Source of the DNA: Macrostomum lignano
Lineage: Eukaryota
NCBI GenBank assembly: GCA_002269645.1
Contig: NIVC01002816.1
Location: 1 to 48,726 of the forward strand
Length of the DNA stretch: 48,726 bases
Reading direction: 5' to 3'
Each line of letters starts with the position of its first letter. The stretch's first letter is position 1. The translations under genes and the position numbers were made by a program. Shown piece after piece: positions 36,201 to 47,643 of this stretch. The notes beneath the pieces are model-generated. The model did not search any database, had not been told where the DNA came from, and worked only from the letters and a program-made list of their open reading frames with translations.

Positions 36201-36300
36201 CGCTGCCGCTCATCGCCAAATTTAGGTAGCATGCCCTGCTTTCCCATACTGCCAGCAGAAGCAGCAACAACAACAACAACCGAACACTAAAAGCTTTCAT
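30257..36300 (-). CDS. Secreted NtA (agrin N-terminal) + 2xTSP1 + 5xEGF protein. Exons 36300-35805, 35652-35506, 32648-32042, 31560-31335, 30437-30257.
   Basis: Signal peptide MKAFSVRLLLLLLLLLAVWESRA. NtA-like IVLTGHV...YSAEIQVLEVLKG...VVIDEYGDPVSC...IFFL. TSP1 WFSWSSWTACSGSCG and YWTAWSSCSATCGEG. Five CxNGGxC EGF units. Exon 2 ends in phase 1 but exon 3 starts in phase 0, so a small exon or indel is unresolved. Confidence 0.75.
30860..31240. repeat. Polypyrimidine/polypurine 19-20-bp minisatellite (CCTCTCCTCCAATCCTTCC)n, about 19 copies, flanked by degenerate TCCAC/TTCAA pentamers
   Basis: Periods of 19 and 20 measured directly. Lies in the last intron of the NtA gene. Confidence 0.92.
32755..32890 (-). 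mobile_element. SINE family B, 3' fragment
   Basis: Reverse complement contains GGGCCACTGTACACTCAGTGTGAG and TGCTCAGG, as in 8073-8290. Confidence 0.55.
33195..33420 (-). mobile_element. SINE family B copy
   Basis: Reverse complement has the head GCAGCTCTGCGGTCTAACGCG, plus CACATTAATTTGGGGC and GGGCCGCTGTACAC. Confidence 0.62.
34826..35299. mobile_element. Second copy of the hAT MITE seen at 19034, with an expanded GA-rich core
   Basis: Shared ends GGTCGGCAAAC..TTAACC..ACCAGATCGA and GCCGCATGTG..GGGCC..GACCCCTG. TSD CTGTAGAG/CTGTAGAA (7 of 8 match). Confidence 0.8.
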
Positions 36301-37070
36301 TTCGATCGAAATTTTGGAAGCCAAGCTTTCTGCTGCTGCACTTGGCTGCTGTAAGAAGAGGCTGTTTTGTTCTCTTCTTCTCAGGCTTAAGAAGCGGTCT
36401 TTATCCTCTGCTTGGTGGCTTTCGCGTCTATAAATTAATGAGGAGAAATTTCTTTCAAAAGTGGAGACGTCGTAAGTTGATTAGCTAAGCCCATCAACTT
36501 CTGGGCCAATGGTCTCTGCGCGTCCTTTCCTTTTTCTGCGGCCCCTTGTTCGTCTGCGCATTGCTTGGGCTTATTATTATACTTTCTCCGTCTGACTTCT
36601 TCGACAGATAAAGATAGAAATGGCAGGACTGTAACGCCTGAGTGGCTGCCCCTCTTCTCTCCCTCTCCGATCTTCTCTCAGCTTTTCAGCCATTCAGAGG
36701 CGCTCCGGGCGCAACTCATGTCTGAGGCTATTGCAAAAAGTTTATGGCTATGTGATTTTATAATTTAGAGTAATAGATCTCTTCGAAGACTGCCGACTCG
36801 AGCGAGTTAATGCGAGGGTTTAGGAGAATTGAGCATGGACAGTTCAATAGGAGAGATAAGATTATATGGATTGCTTATAAATTTATTTGTCTTTACGAGT
36901 GTCAATATTATTATTTGTAGCACAATGTCCTTTACGATTCCTTGATGTCCTAAACTCTCAACTTTCACTCTTACACATGGCATCCTAGCTTGTAGTCGCC
37001 TCAAATATTTTTAGTCTGCAGCACAGCATTTCCACTTGACTCGCACTCAGTTGATACCTAATTTAACCGA

Positions 37071-37405
37071 GTAATGATGCAAGTTTTCCGATCGGGGTCC
37101 AGTATTCTAAAAGCGGTGTTCTGGCCCCGTCAGTATAGTAATGATGCAAGTTTTCCGATCGGGGTCCTGCATTCTAATAGCGGTGTTCTGGCCCCGTCAG
37201 TATAGTAATGATGCAAGTTTTCCGATCGGGGTCCTGCATTCTAATAGCGGTGTTCTGGCCCCGTCAGTATAGTAATGATGCAAGTTTTCCGATCGGGGTC
37301 CTGCATTCTAATAGCGGTGTTCTGGCCCCGTCAGTATAGTAATGATGCAAGTTTTCCGATCGGGGTCCTGCATTCTAATAGCGGTGTTTTGACCCCGTCT
37401 GTAGT
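37071..37405. repeat. Five tandem copies of a 67-bp unit with an internal GGGGTC/GGCCCC inverted motif
   Basis: GTAATGATGC starts at 37071, 37138, 37205, 37272 and 37339. Confidence 0.95.
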
Positions 37406-38876
37406 AATTTAATTTTGCTCAGCTTTATTTTTTGGTATGAAAATGCTGCTTACCCGCCGTTTGCATCTCTAGAGTGATATTAATCTGAGCCAGTATGTTC
37501 TCGCTTTTTTCAACAGATTTTATTGCTAACAAGTGGAGTGTATATAAAAAAACTCACCCAGACTCGCGACGCCAGTCCTTATAATAATTTACTGATGCGG
37601 AGGACAAAAGCACAGGGCAGTAGAGCACTCACTAGAGCAGTGTGTGTGCAATGCACAATAGATTAAATGAGCATTAAAAAACGAATATTACAAGCCCACA
37701 ACTGAAATTTAACAATGAAAGCACCTGAATATGACTGCCAATGAGGGTGTCTAATACTCTTCCACGACCCACGACATCTGTGCTCAAATTTCTGTCTCAA
37801 CAGTCCGCCCTCTTAACTACATGAGCTTCACAACTATCTGCCTCTATCGCAGCTTCTCACTGGCATGTTTATTTTTACATAATTCTAGACAGAATTCTGA
37901 GGTGGGTCGCTGTTCATTTACTCATTTTGCTTTGTGTCGTGAGAGAGTTGACACACAGGCACACTTCAGAAGCAAAACTTCAATATTGAATGGGCAGGTT
38001 TCTCCTATCTATTCATGGCTCCATCAAAATTCGCATATTGTTGGCTCAATCTACTCTAATAAATTTAGAGATGGAATCTCCTGACTGCGCATGTATTCGG
38101 CAGGAAAATCTGCATTCATTCTATTATTATCAAGGTAATATCAAGGTAAAAATTAGTAATACGTTGGTTAGACAAGGCAGTGAGACTCGACTACTGCATT
38201 TTTACTGTGACTATGATGTGCTCAACGCTATAATTATCTCAGATAGGCTGTGCGTTTTGCCATAAAATTTTCTCATCCGAAAGGATTAAGCTAAATTAGC
38301 CGAACTCAAATGTGTTCCCGTGAGAATGTTGTCGTGCAAGGTGTGCCATTCTATTTAGAGCTCGTGGGACAAATGGGCGTGGTCTGAAACGATGAAAGCC
38401 TGCTTGCTATTGTTGCAGAGTTGCTGGGCTGCATTTATGACCTGACATGCATAATTTATTGCAGTAAGTTGACTAATTAGCTACCTGAACGTTTGATCTG
38501 CTTAAATTTTAGCCACGTGCTCGTTAGGTTGCGTCACAGGCCAAGGTTTCTTCTGGGTAGATTTAACAGCCCCTGAATCTCCACCTAAAACCTAAAACAG
38601 ACAATCTTGCTAATCGAAAAATACGTAGTGACTTTTCAATTAACTTCCATTCTCCTATTGCTATCAACTTTTTGAACGCGTCTCAACTTTCTCAACTTTT
38701 TAATCCTCTTCTGTATTTCTTTTATGTCTTGCCTTCCGTATAAATGCTTAATAATTCATTGCTTTCTTTGAGAAGCTGATGAGTACTAAGCTTACTAAGA
38801 GTAGACAGCTTTGAAAAGAATAACGTATAGGTATATGTTGTGATTATCTACTGAAAAAGTTTTTACAGCAGAGTAA

Positions 38877-38877
<1 letters not shown>

Positions 38878-38934
<57 letters not shown>

Positions 38935-38935
38935 T

Positions 38936-39006
<71 letters not shown>
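38878..39006. repeat. (CTA)n microsatellite, about 43 units with one interruption
   Basis: Read directly; it produces the poly-Val ORF at 38795-39019. Confidence 0.97.
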
Positions 39007-39737
39007 GTATTATTATCAATTATATATAAATTATATTATTATCATTATTATTTTTATTATTATTATTACTACTATTTCTATTCACTCACTCACAATGATA
39101 CCTAGTGCTTATATTTGTGATGAATTTCATGAATTTTATCTGACTACTTTAAGTAAATTGACAAAAGAAAAATCCACAATAAAGCAGACTGGCTCCTTCG
39201 GGGCAGAAGAGATGCTAGGCTACAAAAAACAGGAAAAGTTGAAAACGTAGGCTGTCATACGAGCGCAATCCAGCGAATAGTCCTTACACCATTCCGACAG
39301 CAATATGGTGGCTAAGTAAATAAAGCACTTATCAGTCATGGGCGGGGACACTGGGCAAATATGTGCTTGATAAAATTCATTGCACGTCGCCATCAGTGCT
39401 GGAATTTGTGTTCTTCGGAAGGTTGGGTTTTACGTGTGCGCCTGTCGACAGACATTTTGTTAGAATTTGCCTTTCCCAGCAAACGATGCAACGATAGCGG
39501 AGGGTGAGAGGGGTGGAGATGAAAAGAGGTCACACAAGGAGAGGTGCGGCGTTGGATGTGGCTCGTGTCATTTTAGTTTTCCTTTTCCTGGTAGCTCTTG
39601 GTTAGCGGAAGAAGCGTATCGTATATAATTTAAGAAGAGTGACGAGAGAAGCTGGGCGCCATCGCACCGCTGAGGAATTAATGCTCAAAGTTGCATTAGC
39701 TGCAAAGAACAGAACTGTACAGTTCAGGTAATAAATT

Positions 39738-42700
39738 ATGTCAGAAATCGAAAGCAGTTTCAGAAGCGCCGGACAAATTCGGTCGTTGCTGTGCTTTCTG
39801 TTAGTCAGCATCTCAGCAGGCATCGCCTACAACGCATCCTACGTGTTTTTATCGAGCATGACGACAACTCTGGAGCGGCGCTTTGGTTTCGATTCAGAGG
39901 ACACGGGGCGAATCATAGTGGCGAATGATATTGGCTTCGCTGCAACTGTGACGCTAGTTAGTTTCTATGGCAACCGAGGTCACAGGCCTCGCATTTTGGG
40001 CCTGGGCGCAGTTGTTATGGGTCTGTCCACGGCTGCCTACGCACTTCCATATTTTATCTACGGCCCGAAGTACTCGAACGCCGAGATTGCACGCTATTTG
40101 ACTCTCACGGATCAACAGCTCGGCTGGAAGAACGACAGCGAGCAGCTGAAAGCATTAGCTGCTGAAAACAACGACCTATTGTGCCGTGGAAAAATCCTCG
40201 ATTTGAACTCAACAGGCATGTTCAACAAATCCTCAGAGTCAAACAAGTATCCGAGGTTGGGTTCAACAACATCGGAATCATCCGCGACCAATCAAGTTGA
40301 AGCCCGCAAAGTAGTCTTTGCCATCTTTATGATTGTCGGGATCGTTCAGGGCGCCGCTTCTGCCCCCTCTTGGTCAGTGCTATTCACAATGGTCGAGGAC
40401 TCAGCCACCCCGTCTCGGTCGCCAATCTACATCGGCCTGGTCATCACTGCTCGATCAATATCACCAATGCTGGGCTATTACTTGATCGGGCAGTTTTTAG
40501 CACTGCACGAATCATTTGGCGAATCTGGTCTGCGTGAATCCGACAGCATGTGGATTGGCAACTGGTGGCTGGGGTTTCTCAGTCTCGGCCTGCTTACCAG
40601 CCTGCTTGGCTTTCCCATGCTGCTGTTTCCCCGCCAACTTGAAGACGCGTTCTGCTGCTCGGAAAGACCGGATGAGCAGAAAGACGATCCCTGTGATGCT
40701 GAAGACGATCCGGACGCCTCTCATCCTGAGACTCCGCTAAACGAGGCAAATATAGTGCGCCGTATGAGTCGCCACAGGTCGTGCGAATCGCAGCCGCGCG
40801 GGGCCGGGAATTGCGCAAAATTCCTTCACAGTCTTCGCGACTTGTCACTCGCCGTGAAGCGCACTATGACCAATGCGATCCTCATGCTGGTCATGCTGTC
40901 CTGCGTGGTCAGTTTGCTCGGTTCAGGTCTCGAAGTGTTGTTTATTGTCAAGTACTACGAGAACTACTTTAACGTATTGCCCTCGGCAGCAGGACAGTAC
41001 GTTGGCATCACCTATGCGCTGCCAACCGCACTGGCAACACTAGCTGGAGGCTACTTGGTGTCGCGCTTGCAGCTTGACGTGGTTGGAATGATGCGACTCA
41101 TCTGTGGTATCTTTCTGGTGACCACCGTACTGAATTCGCCAGCATTCTTTCTGGACTGTCCCTCCGAAAGGATCAATACGGACGTGTAAGATTACATATT
41201 TTCATCTCGATTATTTGTGCTATCGATTTGTCAATGCATTTCAATGCCATCGTTCAGAAAACACCGAACAAGATGTGCACTCAGATATATTCACATGCTA
41301 AAATATCAAGGTATTGTGCTGGATGTATCCATCCAAAGTTACCAATGCATCGCTGTAGATGTGTAACGTAATCACGCTAGATTTTTCAATCATGCAGGGT
41401 ACTGGTTCCCACTACCTGTACACGTAAGAATGATCCCAGGTACGTTAAAGGAAAAGTTAGTGAAATCATCGAGTCTAGAACTTTGATCCTATGGCTCATT
41501 TCATATACCCATGTGTATTTATCAATAGAAAAAATTAACCGCTTCGTTGATTCGTACATCGGCATTCATTTTTGCCAAAAAGTGCAAAACGGCTTTATTT
41601 CCATAAAGCTCGTAAGACCGATAACCGCCGTCACAGCCTCACAGAAACAATGGACAGCAACGTCAGTAGCGTCTCCGACTGCGCTGCAAAGTGCAGATGC
41701 GATGCCACTCTCTTGAACAATCTGCCAGTGTGCGGAGCTGATGGAAACTTATACATGTCACCGTGTCATGCTGGGTGTACAGGGACAATGTCTGTAGCAG
41801 TTGCTGAGAACGGGACACACCAGGTACAAATTCTTTTGTTATTATCGAAGATCTGTTTCTGCTAATCAATTGCTTTTATTAAGTAATTACTCATTATAAC
41901 TTATTTCCGATGCCAGCCTACGGAGATGGTGTTTAGCAACTGCAACTGTTTAGAACAGGCATTTGTAAACTACAGTTTAACGGACTCCGCTGAACAAGGC
42001 CTTGTCAGCAGCACTGCACTGGCAGGCAGTTGCTACGGTGTATGCGACATGGTCTATGCCTTCTCCGTGCTGAAATTCATCGCACATTTTGTTGACGGCC
42101 TGTCGTATGTGTCATGGTTCTTACTAGTGATGAGGTGCGCATGTTGCAAAAATTTGATGCTGTGGCATTTATTAGGCAATAATCAAAAGAGGAACCGTAC
42201 GATTTTTAGAGTGACAGACTCAAAGGACGACGAGGCCATGGGTGTCGGGATTATCTCGCTGTTCTTCAGTCTTGCCGGTAACATATTAGTAATACTTAAT
42301 TGCATTGCTGAGATATTTTCAACTAAACTATAGGAATAGAAGGCTCCATACATACAACCCTATCGATATTTTTTTACTTTATGGATAAACTTTTGTGAAA
42401 AAAGCACAGTACGAGGGTAATGCAAAAACTCATAAAAAGCTGTCCTAAGCTTTATTTTCTTCTTATTTTCTTAAGTCTCCATGACAAACATCAATGTCCC
42501 ATGCCGTACGCTAGTTATTCAACGCTTCGAAATCATTATTCAAGGCTATTAAACATACATTCATGAGACAATGTTTCTGTGCATATAGTTTTGGGGGTAG
42601 ACAATGATTAATTCTTCACGAGTGGCGAAGCCATATACCAAAACCATATGCACAACCTACCATTGTTTCTCAATGGTCCGTGCATCATTGGTAGATTGTC

Positions 42701-43780
42701 TATATGGTTTTGGAGGTATAGACAATGAATATTTTTTCACAAATGACTAAAACTAAGCAATAACATGCACCCCAGATGCATGTTAATGAGTAGTGAAATG
42801 CTTGAACCCATCGGGTACTTGAAAATTTTTGAGACTTACACCATATTGTGCAAGTCTTCCATATTGAGACTTGCCTATGGCTATGGCTTAGAGGGTCCCA
42901 GGAATTAATGTCCCTAAATGTCGAGTGGAACCCACTGGATTCGCCAGCGCAATTGATGTCTGGGCGCATCATTGATTGTCAGAGTTACAACCAACTGGTT
43001 AGAAATTTCGCATTCATTTTTCTTAACAATCGCGCTCACAAACAAAGTTTTGTCCTGTACGATGTGACAACAGCAGGTTGTTGTGTCGATCGCTACTCTA
43101 TGCGTGTGCGTAATTGTGTGTACACCTCTTAGCTATCGATCGCAGTACAATATACGAGCGTATGATACATAAGTTAGAGCGTGGAGAGTTTGAGAGCTTG
43201 AGAGTTTCGCCTACAAACTTGCAGACTGACTGGCTTATTCATTCTACAACACAGGTGACTTGCCTAAGCACAAGTACCCTTTAACAAGGACCCGCTAGAA
43301 CCTAGAACCGCAAATATTCTGGCCCGTCCTCAGCCCCATTCTGTGTCTAAAATCGCCTAGGCTTCCGATGAAGAACAAGAATCAAATTGAATTGAACAAA
43401 AGCACTTGAAAGCACTTGATGACCTTTCAGCCTCCATCATGGGCGGCTTCTGCGGTCGTATTTATGAATCCGCGTGCCTGGTAGCCACCAGCGGCTCAGC
43501 TGGAGAACGCAACTGCCTGCTGTACGACAGGACGCGACTTCGGATTCTGTTTAACGGCATCCCCATGCTGGCCAGGCTGCCTTACTTCGCCCTGCTGCTG
43601 GCCGCCTATCTGCTAGTTAAACGCCGCTTCGGCAACACGACCGGAAATTGTGCTGAGCAGCCGAGTGAAAATGCAGAGGAAAATTGTCAACTGGGTGACG
43701 TCAGCTCCAAATTGCCTGACAACAAATCTGAGCAGGATGACGTTGAAACCGCTGCTGTAGCTGGTGCAGAAGAAATGTAG
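39738..43780 (+). CDS. Organic anion transporting polypeptide (OATP/SLCO family), about 756 aa. Exons 39738-41185, 41637-41823, 41917-42134, 42210-42277, 43431-43780.
   Basis: LERRFGF..EDTG, VSFYGNRGHRPRILG, family signature DSMWIGNWWLGFL, Kazal-like loop CAAKCRC...PVCGADGNLYMSPCHAGC and final C..YD. All junctions are phase-consistent. Confidence 0.92.
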
Positions 43781-45563
43781 CTCTAAATTTTAGGAGAAAA
43801 TCAATCACAAGGATAATAACATCTGAGATTTGCGTCCGAACGTCGGCTTAGGGTATTTTTGACCGACTAACTTTTTAAGTAAGATAACAAACTTGGCCCC
43901 AAGTAAAAGCTACTTTTTTCTACTACGAGCTATAGCTAAAAGTCTGTTTTTAAAGCAATTAGCAGTGAAGTGGCATATATTGCATTCCAATTTTATTTTT
44001 TCTTTTATAAACCAGCTGTTCTACTCGAAGCATCTGAATATAGTTTCGACTGCAAAAGCACATGTAGTCACTAAGCAAAACACCCAAAACTGACTAAGAT
44101 ATTTCAGAAGTGGAACTAGAAATAACTCTCAGGCAAATGAATGTGAACTGATTTTGCTTTTTGATACACAAGGTTCATTGTGATTTACTTACTTAACGAT
44201 GTCCATAAAAAAGACAACGGTAGCTCGTGAACTAATCACCCAATCAAAAGTATAAAAACCGCGCCATTTTTTCAATAAAATTTTACGTTTTCTTAATAAT
44301 ATTTTTATATATTAGAAATGCATTATATATTTATTCTCCCACGATTATTTTTTATATCGACTGTACGACTCTTCAAGTTTCAATCCATCATACCATCTTC
44401 ACGCCCCATGCAGCCTTGGAACGTAGTGCTATTTGAAGTGAAAACTGAAATGCCATGGACTTTTTACCTTCATACGCTTAAAAATGTTTATGCCCTCAGT
44501 TTTGAATTAGCAAGTAAAATTTTAATTAATTAATTTATTCATATTAAAGCCCGTTGAGCTGCATTATGATTTCAACTGCAAATTCGGCATTCTGTCTTAT
44601 GCTCGGTAGTCTGCTTTAGTCATGCGGAATTAGAAATGGGACATCCAAAGCTAAAGCCTATTAGAATAAAGATAGATACATACTAGTTATTGAGTAGTCT
44701 CTGAGATACATATTTTTAAACGAGTTGATTAGCATCAGTGCTACAAGTCTGATAAGTGATAACTGAGCACAGACTTCTGGGACAGGTGAACAACCAATAA
44801 ATAAAAATCACTGGTCGCCAATAATTCATCAGTCCTGATATTCTCAGTTTTACAATAAATACTGATGCAAGCAGTCACTTGGCAGATAAGTGGCAAACCA
44901 GTGAGTTTTAGATCTTCAAATGTGTTTTTCTGCTCAAACGAAGGGGCTGCACAAAATCCCTGTCGTCCTCGAAGAACTTAACCTGTTGTTATATGTTTGT
45001 TACTTTTGTTTTTTAGCTTACATATACATGGCAATGAGGTTATAACAGTTGTTACTATACTGCTCATGACTTTGCGCACGCACCGTTATGAACAAATTAA
45101 ATTACAAGGATAGCGCAGCATTCATCTGCAGCGTCAAAACTACGACTCAAAGCTTTCAAAGGCTATCTTGAGCTCGAATTTTACATTCAACTTTGCGTTA
45201 AAAAAATCGCTGCTATTTATCAGCTTCACAACGTTAGTAGTGCAAGCGCATTTATTTTCGCTTTCATAGAGAACTGCCGATTCGCCATTCTGTGTATATT
45301 CTGTGGTATCTGCAGGGCAAAGCCGCTTTCATAAATTCGTATGCTGGCTCTCAATCTTTTTACACAGTCTATGGCAATATATTGCATGTTGGTGGCGACT
45401 TCAAGTTTGTCTCTCAATCACGTTTTTCGCTCAGAAATTTGCTCCTATGGCCCAAACTATCTTTGTTCTGTAGGCTTTCAACTTTGAATGTTCAGTTTCT
45501 AGCTGATCATGGCAAAGGAGCTATTATGAACTACATTGCAATAGTTGTCAGTCGGCAAAACTA

Positions 45564-46989
45564 ATGAGGCTGCATGCAGTTATTGCAATTTCAGCATTTC
45601 TAACGGGCTTCAGTGCTGGTGAGTAACTTGAGTTTACAAGATTAGCTATATATATACATTACTCATGTTTTCAGCATATGAGTCATGACTACTCCGCGAC
45701 GTTCGGTAGCAGTTAAGGTACTTTATCCAATCTGAAGTATTTGAAGTTGTACTTCATCAATCTGAATAAAATCAACGTTGGGTAAACAGGTAACGGCTTA
45801 ATATAAACAGTTAGTGCTTCCAGCAACAAAAGCAATAAAAACACGAACTCACTGCGAGAAGGCAAAGTGAGCCGCCAGTAGAGCGCGACGGGGGTTTAAA
45901 AACACCCCTGCCACCCAAGGGGGGGGGGGCAGGCGGCGATGTACAATCAACGCGCTGGGCACTAAAGCCGGTTTGTGCACTTTCGCCGCACAAACCAGTC
46001 CACTTAACAAGTGTATAGGGGCGGTTGGCAGAGCAGCTTGCGCCACAGGCCCACAACCCAATTGGTTTGATTTAGTGGGCGGCTACATTCATTCGGGCTT
46101 GTGCACCAATAATGGTGCTAGGGGTTGTCGTACGATTCATACCCATGAGGTCCTACCCCAAGGTCACAGAGAGTGTACATGCCTGGCGATTAGAAAGTAG
46201 GGGCTGCTGTACACCCTGTGTGAGCGTGTATGAGAACGTCTGCATACAGTATTGGAGAACTTGCATGTGCTCAGGAGGCAGGGGAATAGGCAGAATTGCC
46301 TCGACGCTGGTTGTTGGATGATGTCGTCGAAGGCGTTGCGCTGCAGGGTGCCCGCAGCCCTCCTGCGAATACTTAGTTCTTCATGCACAACTGTAGGCTA
46401 TGTCGTACGTACTTTGCCATTCAATCAAAAGTACTTTATGAAATTGGTTAATTTATCAATGAAATAATAGCGCATAGTTATTTAAGTACTTTTGTATTAT
46501 TGTATTTATAAGGCCTTTTAGTCGTTTGCTAATTGAATACAGCAAAGTTAAGCAGAGATGACTGCGTATAATACGCAGCTGACCTTCAAGAGAGCTCCAG
46601 ATCACTCATTGTGTGATAGGGTAGCAGTTTAGTGTTCCTGGGTGTACATGCATAGTAATTTGTATCATGTACTGATCACCCATATAATGTAACTCAGGCC
46701 AAATTCAAGAAGCTCTGTTCTGCCCAGGAGAGACTATTCAGCTACGGTGTCCAAGGGGCACCAAGTCGTGGTCAGCTACGTATTCTATGGCAGGCGCCAG
46801 AACCAGTGGCAGTGCCATCTGTACCTCAGGCAGTGGTGCACGGACCCCGACGCTGTGCATAAGATCCGACGACTCTGTCAAGGCAAACGGAGCTGCCAGG
46901 CCACCGCCGACGAGAGTTTGTTGGGGACAAAGTGCCCGCCATATACGAGCTATCTGATCATCGAGTACTACTGCTTTAAACTGATATGA
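45564..46989 (+). CDS. Secreted single-domain SUEL/rhamnose-binding-lectin-like protein, about 115 aa. Exons 45564-45618 and 46698-46989.
   Basis: Signal exon MRLHAVIAISAFLTGFSA, phase-1 intron, then FCPGETIQLRCP.G-HQVVVSYVFYGR...LCQGKRSC...LLGTKCPPYTSYLIIEYYC. One extra G is needed at 46755-46758. Confidence 0.8.
46017..46276 (+). mobile_element. SINE family B copy (diverged), in the lectin intron
   Basis: tRNA-like head GGGGCGGTTGGCAGAGC, then TACATTCATTCGGGCTTGTGC, GGGCTGCTGTACACCCTGTGTGAG and GTGCTCAGGA. Confidence 0.55.
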
Positions 46990-47643
46990 ATTTCATACAC
47001 TCGAATTGCAACTCTCAAAACTTGTAAGGTTATTTAAATTTCCCTAAGAAACTACTGTTAGTGATGTGCTCGTAGTGATGATTCTACGAGCTAAAGTATG
47101 CAACAATTTTTCCTGAAGCTGTATTTGATATTGGCGTAAATATTATTGGATAATGAAATAAAGATATTAGATACTGTTAAAATAATATTTGAAATTAATA
47201 AAAAAAATTTGATAAAGGTATGAATACTTTTTGAAATTGATATAAAATACAATTGATAATGAAAAACTGCTCTTGCGCTTCGAGTGATGACGTACATGTA
47301 AGTTGGTTGAACTCGCCATGAAGTAAGCAGGATTAAACGTCAGTTCGGTTACAAAGCGCTCACCAGCCGTGAAAAGATTGTCACCGTTTATCAGTCACAG
47401 AAATTCCTAACTAAAGTAGGTGCACTTCAGTACGCGAGTATCGGCACTACTCACGCCATAGGCCGAAGCCTTCGATTGGTTCAGCAATAGACTCAAGCAA
47501 GGGGAGAGGCCCGCCCTTGCATCAATAAATCAGCTAAGCAGGCACCGAAGGCAGGACCCGCCGCCTCTGAAGTTTTCAGGTGCAACCTACCGTTCGGTCT
47601 CAAACCAATTTGTCAGACGTAATCTTGCTACAGCAAATTCGGC

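Noticed and set aside
38795-39019. Poly-valine ORF
   Set aside because: It is the (CTA)n microsatellite.
42400-42760. Mariner-like element in the last OATP intron
   Set aside because: It has a TACGAGGG start and short internal inverted repeats, but no matching right TIR or transposase motif was found.
45292-45564. ORF upstream of the lectin as its N-terminus
   Set aside because: It stops where the real signal-peptide exon starts in another frame, and has no motif.
46289-46410. Extra coding exon in the lectin intron
   Set aside because: The phase-1 frame hits TAG, and exons 1 and 2 already join into a complete protein.
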